Virus record (IMG/VR): IMGVR_UViG_3300036820_000003 | Span: 1 to 64,000 of that record | Length of the DNA stretch: 64,000 bases | Strand: one strand, 5' to 3' | Source of the DNA: a virus | Shown here: positions 27,011 to 37,115 of the stretch, piece by piece | Layout: every line of letters begins with the position of its first letter | Numbering within the stretch: the first letter of the stretch is position 1 | Notes under the pieces: model-generated | Told to the model about the DNA's origin: nothing | The model's database searches: none | What the model saw: the letters and a program-made list of their open reading frames with translations, nothing else | Translations under genes and position numbers: made by a program

Positions 27011-28552
27011 GTGGACTTCAGTGAGGACCAGGCTATTACCCTGGAAAAAGTCGCGATCTGGCGACGTGAGGCATCACCTGTCCGGCACTGCCGCGAGCTG
27101 GCGTGCAGTCCCGGTTCGAGGGTGGGTCCGGACGGCAGGAAGGTGGGGCTCCCGCACACGCACGGCAAGGCGCAGGACTACCCCGTGTTCAGCCTCGCAG
27201 GGCTGGCGGGGACAGGCAAAACTTATCTCGCCGGGAGGCTGGCGGAGGAGCTTGGAATTCAGATCACATACGGGACTCCAACCAACAAGTCTGCGCACGT
27301 GCTCCGGAAAAAACTCGGAGGCCGGGCGGCCGAGATGGTTCGAACATACTTTTCGATCATGTACTTCCCGCATGAGGAGTTTCACTGCCTGACCTCCGGA
27401 CGCGAGGTGAACAAGAGGAGATGCGAGTGCGTCAGGGAGGGGAGGGGGGATGACGAGTGCTATTGCCCTCAGAAGTTCACCCCCTGCGGGATGTGCCCAC
27501 CTGATAAGTGCAAGGTGGACGGCACTCTCAAGTTTAAATTGCGCGAAAGTCTCGGCGGTTACCGTGACATCGTGCTCATCGACGAGGCCTCGATGATATC
27601 CGAGGAGAGGGTCAATGAAATCCGCTCATTCGGGGTGCCTGTCCTTCTCGTCGGTGATCATGGTCAATTGCCTCCGATTAAAGAAAAAATGAATCCGTGG
27701 ATGCTCAATCCAAACGTCGTGCTGACTGTGAATCACAGACAGGCCGAGGCAAACGGAATCGTGGACGCTGCCCTGCGAGTTCGAGCGACTGGTGAAATTT
27801 CGCACGGATCCTACGGTGACGGGTCAACTGTCTGCGTTAGCGCTAAGGAAAATCCGAGCATCTTCGAGATAATGAAGCCGGATCGACTGGCACCGGGACC
27901 GGACTCCGCTATCATCGTCCCGAGAAATTCCCTGCGCTCGAATATCAACAAGCAGATCCACTCCGAGATGATCGTGTCGGATGAGGATCGCAAGCGCAAT
28001 GAGTCTCGCGTCGGCCGGGGGCTGATGGAGCTTCCGTGTGTTGGCGACCGGGTGATATCACTGCAGAATCATTACCCTAACGAGAAGACCAAGCGGGAAG
28101 ACTACTTTGGCACCCTCGCTGTCCGCAGGTTCAACAACGGATGGAGGATGTTCGGGGACATCCTGGTCTGGAACGGGATGACGGGGACAGTCCGCGACGT
28201 CAACCCGCATGGTGAGACGTTCAAAAACCCGAAGCACAGGGTAGAACTGATCATCGAATTGGATGACGAGGACGATCCCGAAAGCGACACCGGGAAACTG
28301 CACATCCAGGTGCGCGCTGACATACGCCAGTTCGGGGCGGAGTCCAAGATGCGAGTCGATCAGTACGCTCGTGTCAAGGGAGAGATCACACAGCTCTGGG
28401 ATTACGCCTACGCGCTGACCGCTCACAAGGCGCAGGGCTCGGAGTTCAGCCGCGTGGTGGTGCTGGACGCCGGTCCGTACGAGCGCAAGCGCTGGATGTA
28501 CACCGCGATGACCCGCGCCAAGGACCAGCTGGTCGTGATCGACTGGCGCTGA
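27011..28552 (+). CDS. RecD/Dda-like superfamily 1B helicase with Cys-rich insertion
   Basis: GLAGTGKT, DEASMI, GDHGQLPPI, HRQ, AYALTAHKAQGSEF and YTAMTRAK. Confidence 0.92.
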   Translation: MDFSEDQAITLEKVAIWRREASPVRHCRELACSPGSRVGPDGRKVGLPHTHGKAQDYPVFSLAGLAGTGKTYLAGRLAEELGIQITYGTPTNKSAHVLRKKLGGRAAEMVRTYFSIMYFPHEEFHCLTSGREVNKRRCECVREGRGDDECYCPQKFTPCGMCPPDKCKVDGTLKFKLRESLGGYRDIVLIDEASMISEERVNEIRSFGVPVLLVGDHGQLPPIKEKMNPWMLNPNVVLTVNHRQAEANGIVDAALRVRATGEISHGSYGDGSTVCVSAKENPSIFEIMKPDRLAPGPDSAIIVPRNSLRSNINKQIHSEMIVSDEDRKRNESRVGRGLMELPCVGDRVISLQNHYPNEKTKREDYFGTLAVRRFNNGWRMFGDILVWNGMTGTVRDVNPHGETFKNPKHRVELIIELDDEDDPESDTGKLHIQVRADIRQFGAESKMRVDQYARVKGEITQLWDYAYALTAHKAQGSEFSRVVVLDAGPYERKRWMYTAMTRAKDQLVVIDWR

Positions 28553-28635
28553 GCGTCGCTAGTCAAGGGGTCGGGGGAGTGCTAGACTTCAAGTCTCGCA
28601 CTCCCCCGTGTGTTCCCTTGACAAGGAGATTCTAT

Positions 28636-31278
28636 ATGGAAATTCGGCCCTTTGTCAACTCCGGACCCGAGATTCTCCCCCTGGACACGGATTTCTGGAT
28701 CCCGGACGGGTTCGAGTTCACGGGCTGCCGCTGGAATCACTACACACGCAAGAGGGCGCGGGACAACGACGGCCAGGTGACGTACGCCTACGTCAAAAAG
28801 TTCGCATTGGAAGGCGGGATCGGCAGCTACAAGTACGGCGAGCAGGTCGGCTACCCCTTGGACATCAAGTGCCAGGCTGGCCTGATCTGCTCCCCGCACA
28901 CGTTCTTCATGGTGGTCGAGTGTGACACCATCGAGCTTTGGGACGACTCAGTCCTCGGCGATGCAACCCCCACGGTACGGAGCCGTCGGGGGTTTCATTA
29001 CTATTTCCACGTTCCCGCCGGGCTAGTCCACCTGATGCCGACCGACGGGCCGATCTCGGGCGGCGACGTGCAGACTCGCGGTTTCGTGCCGTGTCCCGGC
29101 TCGGAGCACCCTTCAGGCGTGAAGTACGAGCTGGTATCGAACCGGATCAACGTGGCCGACTCCGACCTCCTGCACCGCATCAGCAAAGCTCGCGAAATTC
29201 GCAAGGCGCAGGAGCTGGAGGCGTACCGCAAGTCCGGGGGCGAGGGCGCGTGGTCCGGCGACGGCGGAGTTTACGGTCACGATGATTACCTCGCTAAGAT
29301 CGTGACCTGGAACGCCGTGTTCGAGGGCAAGACGGAAGACGAGGTGCGCTCAGTCTGGCAGGCCGAGGCGGCGGCATTGCCCCAGACTCCCGGCGATCCG
29401 TTTACCGAGGATGACTTCCAGCGTCATTACAAGGGAGCTGCCGACGAGTGGAAGATCCGACAGGCAGCCCGGTCCGAGACCGAGGTAATTGACGCCACTA
29501 TCATGGACTGGGTGCGCAGCACGCAGGGTAGCGGCGGATCTGGTTCCGGGGGTGATGGCGTCAGCATCAACGGATTCGAGGATGACGGGGACCGGTTCCT
29601 CCCCGTGGGCTATCGGCTCCCGGCCGACTACTCGCTGGCCGGGGGCGTCAGCCACACGACCAGGCACGGCAAGGACGAGGACGAGGAGCAGATAGCGCAG
29701 CTCCCCATCTACGTATCCGGTCTGGAGATCGACTCCGATGACGTGTCCTGGTACGAACTAACCTGGGAAACCCACGACGGGAGCGGCCGCAAGATCATCA
29801 TTCCGTCCGGGCACATCGCGGATCGGACCAATCTGATGCGTGCCTTCCCCGAGGTTGTGGTCACCACCAAAGGCGCGACCGCCGCAGCCGAGTACCTGGC
29901 GGCGTGCCGGAAAGTGAACGCGGACTGGCTGGCACAGGAGAATCGCACTCGCAGGGTCGCGCTCCGCCTCGGCTGGTACGGCAACCGGATCGAGGAAGGA
30001 TTCGTTTCCGGACCGGAACGCCCCTATCAAGTCCGTGATGTCGCTAACCTGGGCGGATGGCTTCAGGGGCACCGGCCTCACGGGCATCTCGCGGAGTGGA
30101 CGGCGATCCTGTCCCGCATGCCGATCCGGGTGGTGATGCTGACGGCGGCGGCGCTGGCCGCCCCGCTGCTCAAGATCCTGGAAGTCCCGGGGTTCGTGCT
30201 CGACAACTCAGGCGGCACCACGCAGGGCAAGACTCGGGCCGCTCGGGTGGCGGCGAGCGTGTGGGGTGATCCTGATCGGCTGCTGCTGTCGTGGTCAGCA
30301 ACGAAGGCAGCTCTGGAGATTCACGCCCAGAAGGCTAACGGAACGCCGCTGCTCATCGACGACTCGAAACTGGCGCGTGATGGGGAGCAGATCGCGGGAC
30401 TAGTGTACCAGGTCACCTCGGGCCTGATGACGGGCCGCCTGGAACGCTCGTCGGACCGCCTGCGCGGCGGCGATGAGATCAAAACGGTGATCCTGACCAA
30501 CGGCGAGACCCCGCTGCTGACCGCCGGTAAGTCAGGACGTCGTGACGGAGGTGCTGTCGCACGGGTGCTGGAGATGTGGGGAGCCCCCTTCGGGACAGCT
30601 GAGGAGGCAGACTCAGTCAACGCCGTCATCAGGGAGAATTACGGGCTGGCCGGGGAGGAGTTCGTGCGGTCAGCGCTGAAGACGGGGGCCGGGGAGCTGC
30701 GATCACAGTACCAGGAACTGAGACTGCTGGCGAGGGGGATGGGCACCACCGACGTCGCCCGGCGACGGGCTGACGCAGGTGCTGTCGTGATGCTGGCAGC
30801 GCAGATCGCTAACCGGGCGGGGCTTCTGCCCATCGTACCGACGGCGTTCTGGCCGACTTTGCTGGGCGAGGGCGCTGCCGGGGACAGTTCCGATGACCTG
30901 GCACTCGCTGCACTTGAGCTGGTGTGGGGCGAGGTCGCGTTCAACGACAACAGCTTCTGGCGTCCCGACTCCGGCGCGATCACCAACTCCTTCGATCGTC
31001 CTCGCGACGGATGGAAGGGCAGGTACGATCGGAAGGAAAGCTGGCTCGCGGTGAAGCCTGACTGGCTGGACAGGTTCCTGGCAGAACGAGGATTCGAGTC
31101 CGAGGGGGTTCGCCGTCAGTGGGACGACCGAGGCTGGACCGCCAAGGATACCAAGGGGCGCAGGAGCATCTCGATCAGAATCGCTGGTGAGGTGGCCCGG
31201 TGCGTCAAGATCATCCATCGCCCAGAATCTATCTCCACCGACTCATCGGCGATCGAGAATTCGGAAGCCGAGCTGTAA
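28636..31278 (+). CDS. Primase-helicase: N-terminal Prim-Pol (AEP), DUF927 and C-terminal helicase
   Basis: SRRGFHYYF and GFVPCPGSEHPSG.Y (Prim-Pol); LGW..FV, GGTTQGKT, SWSAT and LLIDD. RBS AAGGAG. Confidence 0.88.
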   Translation: MEIRPFVNSGPEILPLDTDFWIPDGFEFTGCRWNHYTRKRARDNDGQVTYAYVKKFALEGGIGSYKYGEQVGYPLDIKCQAGLICSPHTFFMVVECDTIELWDDSVLGDATPTVRSRRGFHYYFHVPAGLVHLMPTDGPISGGDVQTRGFVPCPGSEHPSGVKYELVSNRINVADSDLLHRISKAREIRKAQELEAYRKSGGEGAWSGDGGVYGHDDYLAKIVTWNAVFEGKTEDEVRSVWQAEAAALPQTPGDPFTEDDFQRHYKGAADEWKIRQAARSETEVIDATIMDWVRSTQGSGGSGSGGDGVSINGFEDDGDRFLPVGYRLPADYSLAGGVSHTTRHGKDEDEEQIAQLPIYVSGLEIDSDDVSWYELTWETHDGSGRKIIIPSGHIADRTNLMRAFPEVVVTTKGATAAAEYLAACRKVNADWLAQENRTRRVALRLGWYGNRIEEGFVSGPERPYQVRDVANLGGWLQGHRPHGHLAEWTAILSRMPIRVVMLTAAALAAPLLKILEVPGFVLDNSGGTTQGKTRAARVAASVWGDPDRLLLSWSATKAALEIHAQKANGTPLLIDDSKLARDGEQIAGLVYQVTSGLMTGRLERSSDRLRGGDEIKTVILTNGETPLLTAGKSGRRDGGAVARVLEMWGAPFGTAEEADSVNAVIRENYGLAGEEFVRSALKTGAGELRSQYQELRLLARGMGTTDVARRRADAGAVVMLAAQIANRAGLLPIVPTAFWPTLLGEGAAGDSSDDLALAALELVWGEVAFNDNSFWRPDSGAITNSFDRPRDGWKGRYDRKESWLAVKPDWLDRFLAERGFESEGVRRQWDDRGWTAKDTKGRRSISIRIAGEVARCVKIIHRPESISTDSSAIENSEAEL

Positions 31279-31755
31279 CACCTAGACCGTTAGAACGCCG
31301 GAGCTGTCACCTGGGGTGATAGTTCCGGCGTTTTCTATTCTGCTCGCTGACCTGCTGTAACCACCTAGAAGGTCGTGTAACACCTTCTGTAACCACCCTA
31401 AAACCGCCTCTGAGCTGCGGTTTCCCCTCGGTGTAACACCGTAACACCTAAAACCTTGTAGTCCTAGTGCGCACGCGCTTCTCTAGAGGGGGCCTGTAAC
31501 ACCGTAACACCTAGGTGTTACAGGAGGTGTTACGGCATAACCCCAGGTCACACACCTCTGTAACACCGTAACACCTAAATTCAGGTTTTCACTGTTGTAC
31601 CCGCAGGGGAATCCCATTTCCGTTTCCGTCCCGGGGTCGGGCCCTCGCGCGCCTACGCGCATATGCGTGAGTTATGTGTTACACGTGTTACGGTGTTACA
31701 CGGGCGTCTGACCTGCACAGACACCGTAACACCCTCTGTAACACCTTGTAACACA
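31274..31755. repeat. Iteron-rich candidate replication origin
   Basis: 16 exact GTAACAC words on both strands plus 2 variants. TGTAACACCGTAACACCT occurs three times (31432, 31495, 31559). Directly after the primase-helicase; purine/AT-rich at 31755-31800. Confidence 0.8.
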
Positions 31756-31840
31756 CAGAGAGAAAGATAATCAGAGAGTTAGAATTAAGTAGCAGAAAGT
31801 AATCCTTGCATGGGTGGAGAAGATCGTCTAGACTCAGTCT

Positions 31841-33202
31841 GTGGTCCGTAATGAGAAGAACCCCCGAGGGGACTCGATCGCCGAGCAGTACGGGACTCCC
31901 GTCACTGCGTCTGACGTCGAGGACCTCCTTTATCGCGAGCAGATCCCGGCCGGGTCCCGGATGAAGATCATGGACGTCGTCCGCAAGGCCCTGAGCTGGA
32001 GCCGGGTGTCGTCCTCCCGTCCGTACGCCCGTGACCTGGAGAACGGGCTGACCCGCCAGGAGGACGCCCGGGCTCAGAAAAGGCGCGAGGCACTGGCCGA
32101 GGCACTCCGGGAGGAGGGTCGGCTCGCGGCGGCGGCGAAAAATGCAGACTCCCCAGGCGTAAACAGCCCGAGGGAGGACGCTGAGGAGGCGGCGGCGGAC
32201 CTGGCCGCGCGCCGGGCGGGCTGGAGGGGGCCGGAAAAGGCCCTGGGAGCCACGCTGAGCCCCCTGGAGGGGCTGGGCGGCACAATCACCCCGGAGGCCC
32301 CCCTGAAGCCCGCTACGGCCCGCTCAGAGCCTCTGACGGATATCCCGACTGTCAGCCCTCAGATCAGGAATCCGAAATCGGCGACTTCCGGCGGGAAGGC
32401 CCCGTTCGAGATCCGGGTCGAGCCGTGGATCCCGGCCGGATGGTCGGTCACGCACACCGAGCCCGTGAAGCCCGAGGCCCCGGAGACCCTCGACGACGTG
32501 TTCGCGGAGATGCGGGAGGAGCTGGCTGCGGCGGTGCCGGGCGGCGGGGGCCAGGATGCCGTTTCCGAGGCCGCAGGGACCCCGCAGGCGGGTGCGGAGG
32601 CCCCCCCGCGTGTAACGGGCGGGGGCGGGGGTCCCGAGGCTTCTGAGGGCCTCTCCGAGGCTGCGGAGCGGAAGACGTGCTCGCAGTGCGGGCACGAGCG
32701 AGGGCTGGGGCAGTTCCAGCGCGACAAGCGGGCCTCGGACGGACGCAGGCCCAGCTGCAAGATCTGCACGGCGCGATATGACGCGATGAGGCGAAGTCTG
32801 CGGAAATCCGCGAAAAAGGCGGTTGACGTCGCGATCGAGGCGGGTGAGGACGCGAAAAAGGCGGTTGAGGCGGAAATCGTGGCTCCGCCTCCTGAGAAGC
32901 CGATTCCCAAAAAACCGGTCGCGCCCTTGAAGATCGTCAAGACCCCGAAGCCGGTGAAGGTCGTCAGGCCGGCTGACCGGCCGGTCGTGCTCCAGAAGAT
33001 CTTCCGGCCCCCGGTTGAAGACGAGATCCCCGAGCTGGAGGAGGATCTCAGCCTGCGGAAGTGCAGGTCGTGTCACGTGGGGAAGTCGGAGGAGGCGTAC
33101 TACACCCGAGCGGACGGGAGAATCAGGTCGGTCTGCAAGGAGTGCGAAATCCGGGAAAGCCGCGAGCGACGGATCGCGAGGAAGCTCCGTGAAGTTCTCT
33201 GA
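31841..33202 (+). CDS. Hypothetical protein with two CxxC..CxxC zinc ribbons
   Basis: KTCSQCG..SCKIC and KCRSCH..VCKEC; promoter TTGCAT-N17-TAGACT 6 nt before the GTG. Confidence 0.7.
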   Translation: MVRNEKNPRGDSIAEQYGTPVTASDVEDLLYREQIPAGSRMKIMDVVRKALSWSRVSSSRPYARDLENGLTRQEDARAQKRREALAEALREEGRLAAAAKNADSPGVNSPREDAEEAAADLAARRAGWRGPEKALGATLSPLEGLGGTITPEAPLKPATARSEPLTDIPTVSPQIRNPKSATSGGKAPFEIRVEPWIPAGWSVTHTEPVKPEAPETLDDVFAEMREELAAAVPGGGGQDAVSEAAGTPQAGAEAPPRVTGGGGGPEASEGLSEAAERKTCSQCGHERGLGQFQRDKRASDGRRPSCKICTARYDAMRRSLRKSAKKAVDVAIEAGEDAKKAVEAEIVAPPPEKPIPKKPVAPLKIVKTPKPVKVVRPADRPVVLQKIFRPPVEDEIPELEEDLSLRKCRSCHVGKSEEAYYTRADGRIRSVCKECEIRESRERRIARKLREVL

Positions 33203-33902
33203 GCCCGAGCCCGGCCCGGGGGCTGACGGCGACCCGGAGATGTGGGTTGACGATCTGGCCGAGCCGATCCGGGCACATGAGGCTTGCCCGGAGTGCGGGT
33301 GCTCGGGGATGTCGTCAGTTGTCCGGTTCATCCCGGTGGACGCGGACGGCGGCGGGATTCTCACGCCGGAGGACTATGCACGGCGCAGGAAACGTGCTAT
33401 GCTCGAACTGTCGCGGGAGCTGGAGCGGGAAGCGGCCGAGGGACTGGACCCGGTTGACGTGTGGCTGGGGGATGAGATCGTCATGCAGGTTCTCGGACTT
33501 TCGAACGGGACCTGGAGGGCGACGATCATCGCGACCGGCGGCAACTTCGGGCAGACGAGGGTGAAGTACGGACGGGGGAGCCGGGCGCACGGGGCGAAGT
33601 CCTGGAGACACGCGCTTGCTCTCGCAAGCGCTGCGACCGAGGTCACGACCGAGGCCGAGAAGATGAACGGGATCCGGGCTTTCGAGGGGGAGCCCGGAAC
33701 CCTGATGTTCAGGAAGCAGCAGCTGAGTCACTACACGCCAGACCGGATCACGGAGCAGCAGAGAATCGAGCGGAATCTGCGGGACCGGCTGTCCCCGACC
33801 ACGGCCTGGGAGCGGCACGGCAAGCCGCAGGACAGACGCAGAAAGGCTCGGGAGGCGGCGCTGGAGTTCAGTGAAAAGCCCCCCTCAGGAGGGGAATCCT
33901 GA
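33189..33902 (+). CDS. Hypothetical protein (CPECGC knuckle)
   Basis: Coupled to the upstream gene; start uncertain. Confidence 0.6.
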   Translation: MKFSEPEPGPGADGDPEMWVDDLAEPIRAHEACPECGCSGMSSVVRFIPVDADGGGILTPEDYARRRKRAMLELSRELEREAAEGLDPVDVWLGDEIVMQVLGLSNGTWRATIIATGGNFGQTRVKYGRGSRAHGAKSWRHALALASAATEVTTEAEKMNGIRAFEGEPGTLMFRKQQLSHYTPDRITEQQRIERNLRDRLSPTTAWERHGKPQDRRRKAREAALEFSEKPPSGGES

Positions 33903-33924
33903 GGGGGGCGCGGACGGCGGGGGG

Positions 33925-34719
33925 TCAGGGAGAGACTGACTCGCGCCCCGCGTCCTGGTTCCGGAGGTGGCGGACGCCCCACGCCCGACCCGAGGCGACG
34001 GAGCTGCGATGAGCGTGCTCGTCGACGAGGCGGGCGCGGGTCGCGTCCTTGAACGGAGCGGGGCGCGTGGTCCCGGGCTCGCGAAGCGTCGCGGCCGCTC
34101 CCTGCACGAATCCGGCGATCGAGGCGCGCGTGAGACGCGTGACGTCGTAGCTGCCCTTGAAGGCGCGACCTTCCTTGCGAGCGGCGGCCCGGACGGACGC
34201 GGCGTGCGACTCGGCCTCGGGCGCTATGATGTCGTAGACGTCGTTTATCCGCTCGAAGAGAGGGAGAGGGGCGGTGACGGTCACCTGGAGAGGGCTAGCC
34301 CCGGTTGAGCGGGTTCCGCCCTGAGTGAGCTCGGCCTCGACGTTGAGCGCCTTGGCGACGGCGATGTAGCCGTACGCCCGCGCGACTCCGTGACCCGCTG
34401 ATCCGGGGATGTCACGGGTGAAGGTCTCGAGTTCGGGGGCGGTCAGCCGCTCGAACGGCTCTTTCCAGGAGTCATCCGGTTCCGGAGATGCTTCCTCGTC
34501 CTTGACTTCCTCATCAGCGGGAAGCTGCTGAACAGAGGGTACTTCCGGTTCCACCACAGGTACCTCAAGTGCCGGTACGCTCTCCTCTGCATTGTCCACC
34601 TCCTCGCTAGGATTAGCTGCGACCTGCTCCGACGCGGCTTCCTGCTCGATCGACGTATCTGCCCGGTTCGAGGCCGGGCGGAATGTGAACTTCGTGGGCT
34701 CCGGGGGGCTTGCGGTCAT
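33925..34719 (-). CDS. Hypothetical protein with acidic Pro-rich N-terminus
   Basis: Promoter TTTACA-N17-TATGTT (about 34800-34828, minus strand); RBS AGGAGG. Confidence 0.7.
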   Translation of the reverse strand: MTASPPEPTKFTFRPASNRADTSIEQEAASEQVAANPSEEVDNAEESVPALEVPVVEPEVPSVQQLPADEEVKDEEASPEPDDSWKEPFERLTAPELETFTRDIPGSAGHGVARAYGYIAVAKALNVEAELTQGGTRSTGASPLQVTVTAPLPLFERINDVYDIIAPEAESHAASVRAAARKEGRAFKGSYDVTRLTRASIAGFVQGAAATLREPGTTRPAPFKDATRARLVDEHAHRSSVASGRAWGVRHLRNQDAGRESVSP

Positions 34720-35134
34720 AACTTCCTCCTGGTAAGGTGGGAGTTGCAGGACCGGGGGGTCGTGCAACCGGAGTGGCTTTAGGGAGTCACTCCGGTTTAA
34801 ACATAGCACACAGGACGGCGGTTGTAAACAGATGCGAGCATCCGAGTTTCCCTGCCTCCCAGGAGGCCCGTAAGCCTCGCGACCCTGCCCCCGCCCCCCT
34901 TTTACACGCGGCCCGGCCACGCGACGTCGTCAGGGGCCTCCCCGCGCCTCGGAGGCGGCTCCGGGCGGGCTACCAGCCGTGCGCCAGCGCCCAGCCCACG
35001 AATGACAGCCAGCATGCGAGAATGAGAATGAGCAGGGCGATAGTGAAGCTAGCCCTCTGCCGCAAACTCCACGACGACGGCCACATGGTTTCCAGCAGCC
35101 AGTACACGAACTCCTCGATGAGGCGGATCATCCG

Positions 35135-36433
35135 CTAATCCTGGACGTAGGTGCGGACGGGCGGGCGCGGATCGGCGGGCTGTTGCTGCGCGGGCTGCCG
35201 GCCCAAACCACCCGCTACACCCGCTACACCCGCTACATCCTGCTCGTCTTCGTAGCCGGGAACCGGACCCTCGTCCACTTCCTCGTCCTCGTCGTAGGCG
35301 AACGGGTCAATCTCCTCCGGAAGCTCCCCGTCCTCCGGCTCCGGCGGCTTCACCTGATCCCACGCCCGGAGCACATCGCGCAGGTAGTAGCCGCGCTGCG
35401 GGATCTCGAAGCCGGGGATGCGACGCTGGTGAGTGTTCACCGGCATCTCGTCGGATATCATCCTTGACATGCTGTTGAGCGAGTGATCCTCCTCCTCGTA
35501 CTCCTCGTGCGCTCGCATCGCGTTTGACAGGTCAGGCGATCGCACGAACCCCCGAAGGTACGTGTCGAGGCCGGGTGCGAGCTCGGCCGCTATCTGCAGC
35601 ATCCGCTGGCCCGGCGTCAACGCCGGCGCGTCCATCTCGGAGAATGCCAGCGCCCGGAACGCCTCGGTGCAGTACCGAAGCCAGCGGGGACCGCCAAGCT
35701 TGATAGCGACGGCGAACATCAGCTCCCACACCTCGGCCCTGCGCCCGCTGAGTCCCTTGATGTCCAGGCTGTCCGCCCGGAACCGGGCGATCTGGTCCGC
35801 CTTGGCGCGAGTCTGCTGGCCGAGCGCCCGGCCGTAGCGGTACATCTTGGGCTCGGCGTCCCGCACGTCGTAGTATTTGCGCGGCTTGCCTCGCTCGGTG
35901 GTTATGACGACGCAGCGGCTGCGGACGTCTCGCTTGACGCAGTCCCGGAGGCCGGTGAATATGAACGGCCCGTAGGTGCTGTAAGTCTCCTGGACGCCGC
36001 TGACGGAGCGGCCCCGGGTCGCGTTGCAGTGGTACCCTTCTCGGAGGACGTCCCCGATGATGCCGGAATTGGAGAGCTTCCTGGTCATCTCGTCCCGATA
36101 GACGACAAGCGGGATCTTGCGCTCAAGCGCGTTCCCCGCCTCCGCCAGCGCGGACGCCAAGTCGAATCCGGTACCGGACGCGTTGACGGCACGGGGGGAA
36201 AGTGCCAGCGTGATTCGCATTCCGAGGGTCTTTGCGGATTCCTCGTCTGCGGAGGTGAACATCAGGCGGCCGACTGTCGCCCCCTTGTCAGCCACCCAGG
36301 AAGCAGCCGCGTACAGGATCATCGCGCGTCGCTGCTCGTCGCTGGATACGAAATACCGTGCGACCGCACGGTCTATCTCGTCCAGTATCCCCAGCTGCTC
36401 TACTGATCCTTCGGACTCGTCTTGATTCGTCAT
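35135..36433 (-). CDS. DUF3631-type P-loop-like protein with degenerate Walker A
   Basis: LDEIDRAVARYFV..AMILYAAASW..RL.FTS..ESAKT..RDE..RSRCVVI..RRAEVWE.MFAVA..GG.W. Confidence 0.75.
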   Translation of the reverse strand: MTNQDESEGSVEQLGILDEIDRAVARYFVSSDEQRRAMILYAAASWVADKGATVGRLMFTSADEESAKTLGMRITLALSPRAVNASGTGFDLASALAEAGNALERKIPLVVYRDEMTRKLSNSGIIGDVLREGYHCNATRGRSVSGVQETYSTYGPFIFTGLRDCVKRDVRSRCVVITTERGKPRKYYDVRDAEPKMYRYGRALGQQTRAKADQIARFRADSLDIKGLSGRRAEVWELMFAVAIKLGGPRWLRYCTEAFRALAFSEMDAPALTPGQRMLQIAAELAPGLDTYLRGFVRSPDLSNAMRAHEEYEEEDHSLNSMSRMISDEMPVNTHQRRIPGFEIPQRGYYLRDVLRAWDQVKPPEPEDGELPEEIDPFAYDEDEEVDEGPVPGYEDEQDVAGVAGVAGGLGRQPAQQQPADPRPPVRTYVQD

Positions 36434-36481
36434 TCCGTCCTCCTTCTTCCTGTTCCTTCCTGCGGGCGCGCATGCGCGCCC

Positions 36482-36516
36482 GTAAACAGCATAGCACTCC
36501 GCAGCAAGCCGCGCAA
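36482..36516 (-). promoter_or_regulatory. Promoter TTGCGC-N17-TATGCT-GTTTAC
   Basis: Reverse-complement reading; same -10/GTTTAC block as at 21689 and 25745. Confidence 0.7.
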
Positions 36517-36749
36517 GGGCGCGACTGCGGCGGAGTGCTATGCCCGACTATTCCTCTCGACTGATGAAACTAACCTCCTGAACTGACACGAGACGCCATT
36601 CCGGCGGGATCCCGGACTGAGCCTCGACAGCGGCGTGCACGATGGACTGGCAGTCGTAATCAGCCTCGAAAATCTCGGCGTCATCGAGATTATCCACGAA
36701 TACAGCCTGATAGATAGGCATCCTTCACTCCTTCCGCGAAGGCATCCTA

Positions 36750-37115
36750 TCACATGGCCGGAGGATCCGACGCGGGGTGCTCGGGCTCGGGCTCGGAGGC
36801 TGAAGGAGGATCCGGCACATTCCACACCGTCGTCTGGCCGAACAGGATCATCCGCAGCGCGGCCTGCATTCTACCAGCTCGGTATGAGGGTCCGATGACG
36901 GGGTCAGACAGAGCGCACTGATCGCAGATAAGACTCTCGATCATCCCCTCGACCTCCGGGGGCATCACCTGGTCAGCCTGGACCCACACCGGCAGGTCGC
37001 ATTCCCTGCACGCGCCCCTGACGACGGTTAGGATCTCGAGGCCCATCAGCGGGTTGTCCTCTACGCGACAGCAGACGCGGGTGCGAGTCTCAGGTTCCGG
37101 TGCGGGGTCGCTCAT
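36750..37115 (-). CDS. Hypothetical protein (CREC..CDQC)
   Basis: Early minus-strand cluster. Confidence 0.55.
   Translation of the reverse strand: MSDPAPEPETRTRVCCRVEDNPLMGLEILTVVRGACRECDLPVWVQADQVMPPEVEGMIESLICDQCALSDPVIGPSYRAGRMQAALRMILFGQTTVWNVPDPPSASEPEPEHPASDPPAM

Noticed and set aside
35211-35238. Short tandem repeats (CCCGCTACA)x3, also (CCGCGT)n at about 47940 and (GGGAGTGC)n at about 46000
   Set aside because: Simple slippage repeats, mostly encoding low-complexity peptide (VAG, DA).
36520-36750. Plus-strand ORF 36635-36898
   Set aside because: It overlaps a promoter region and the end of a minus-strand gene; no RBS or recognisable motif.
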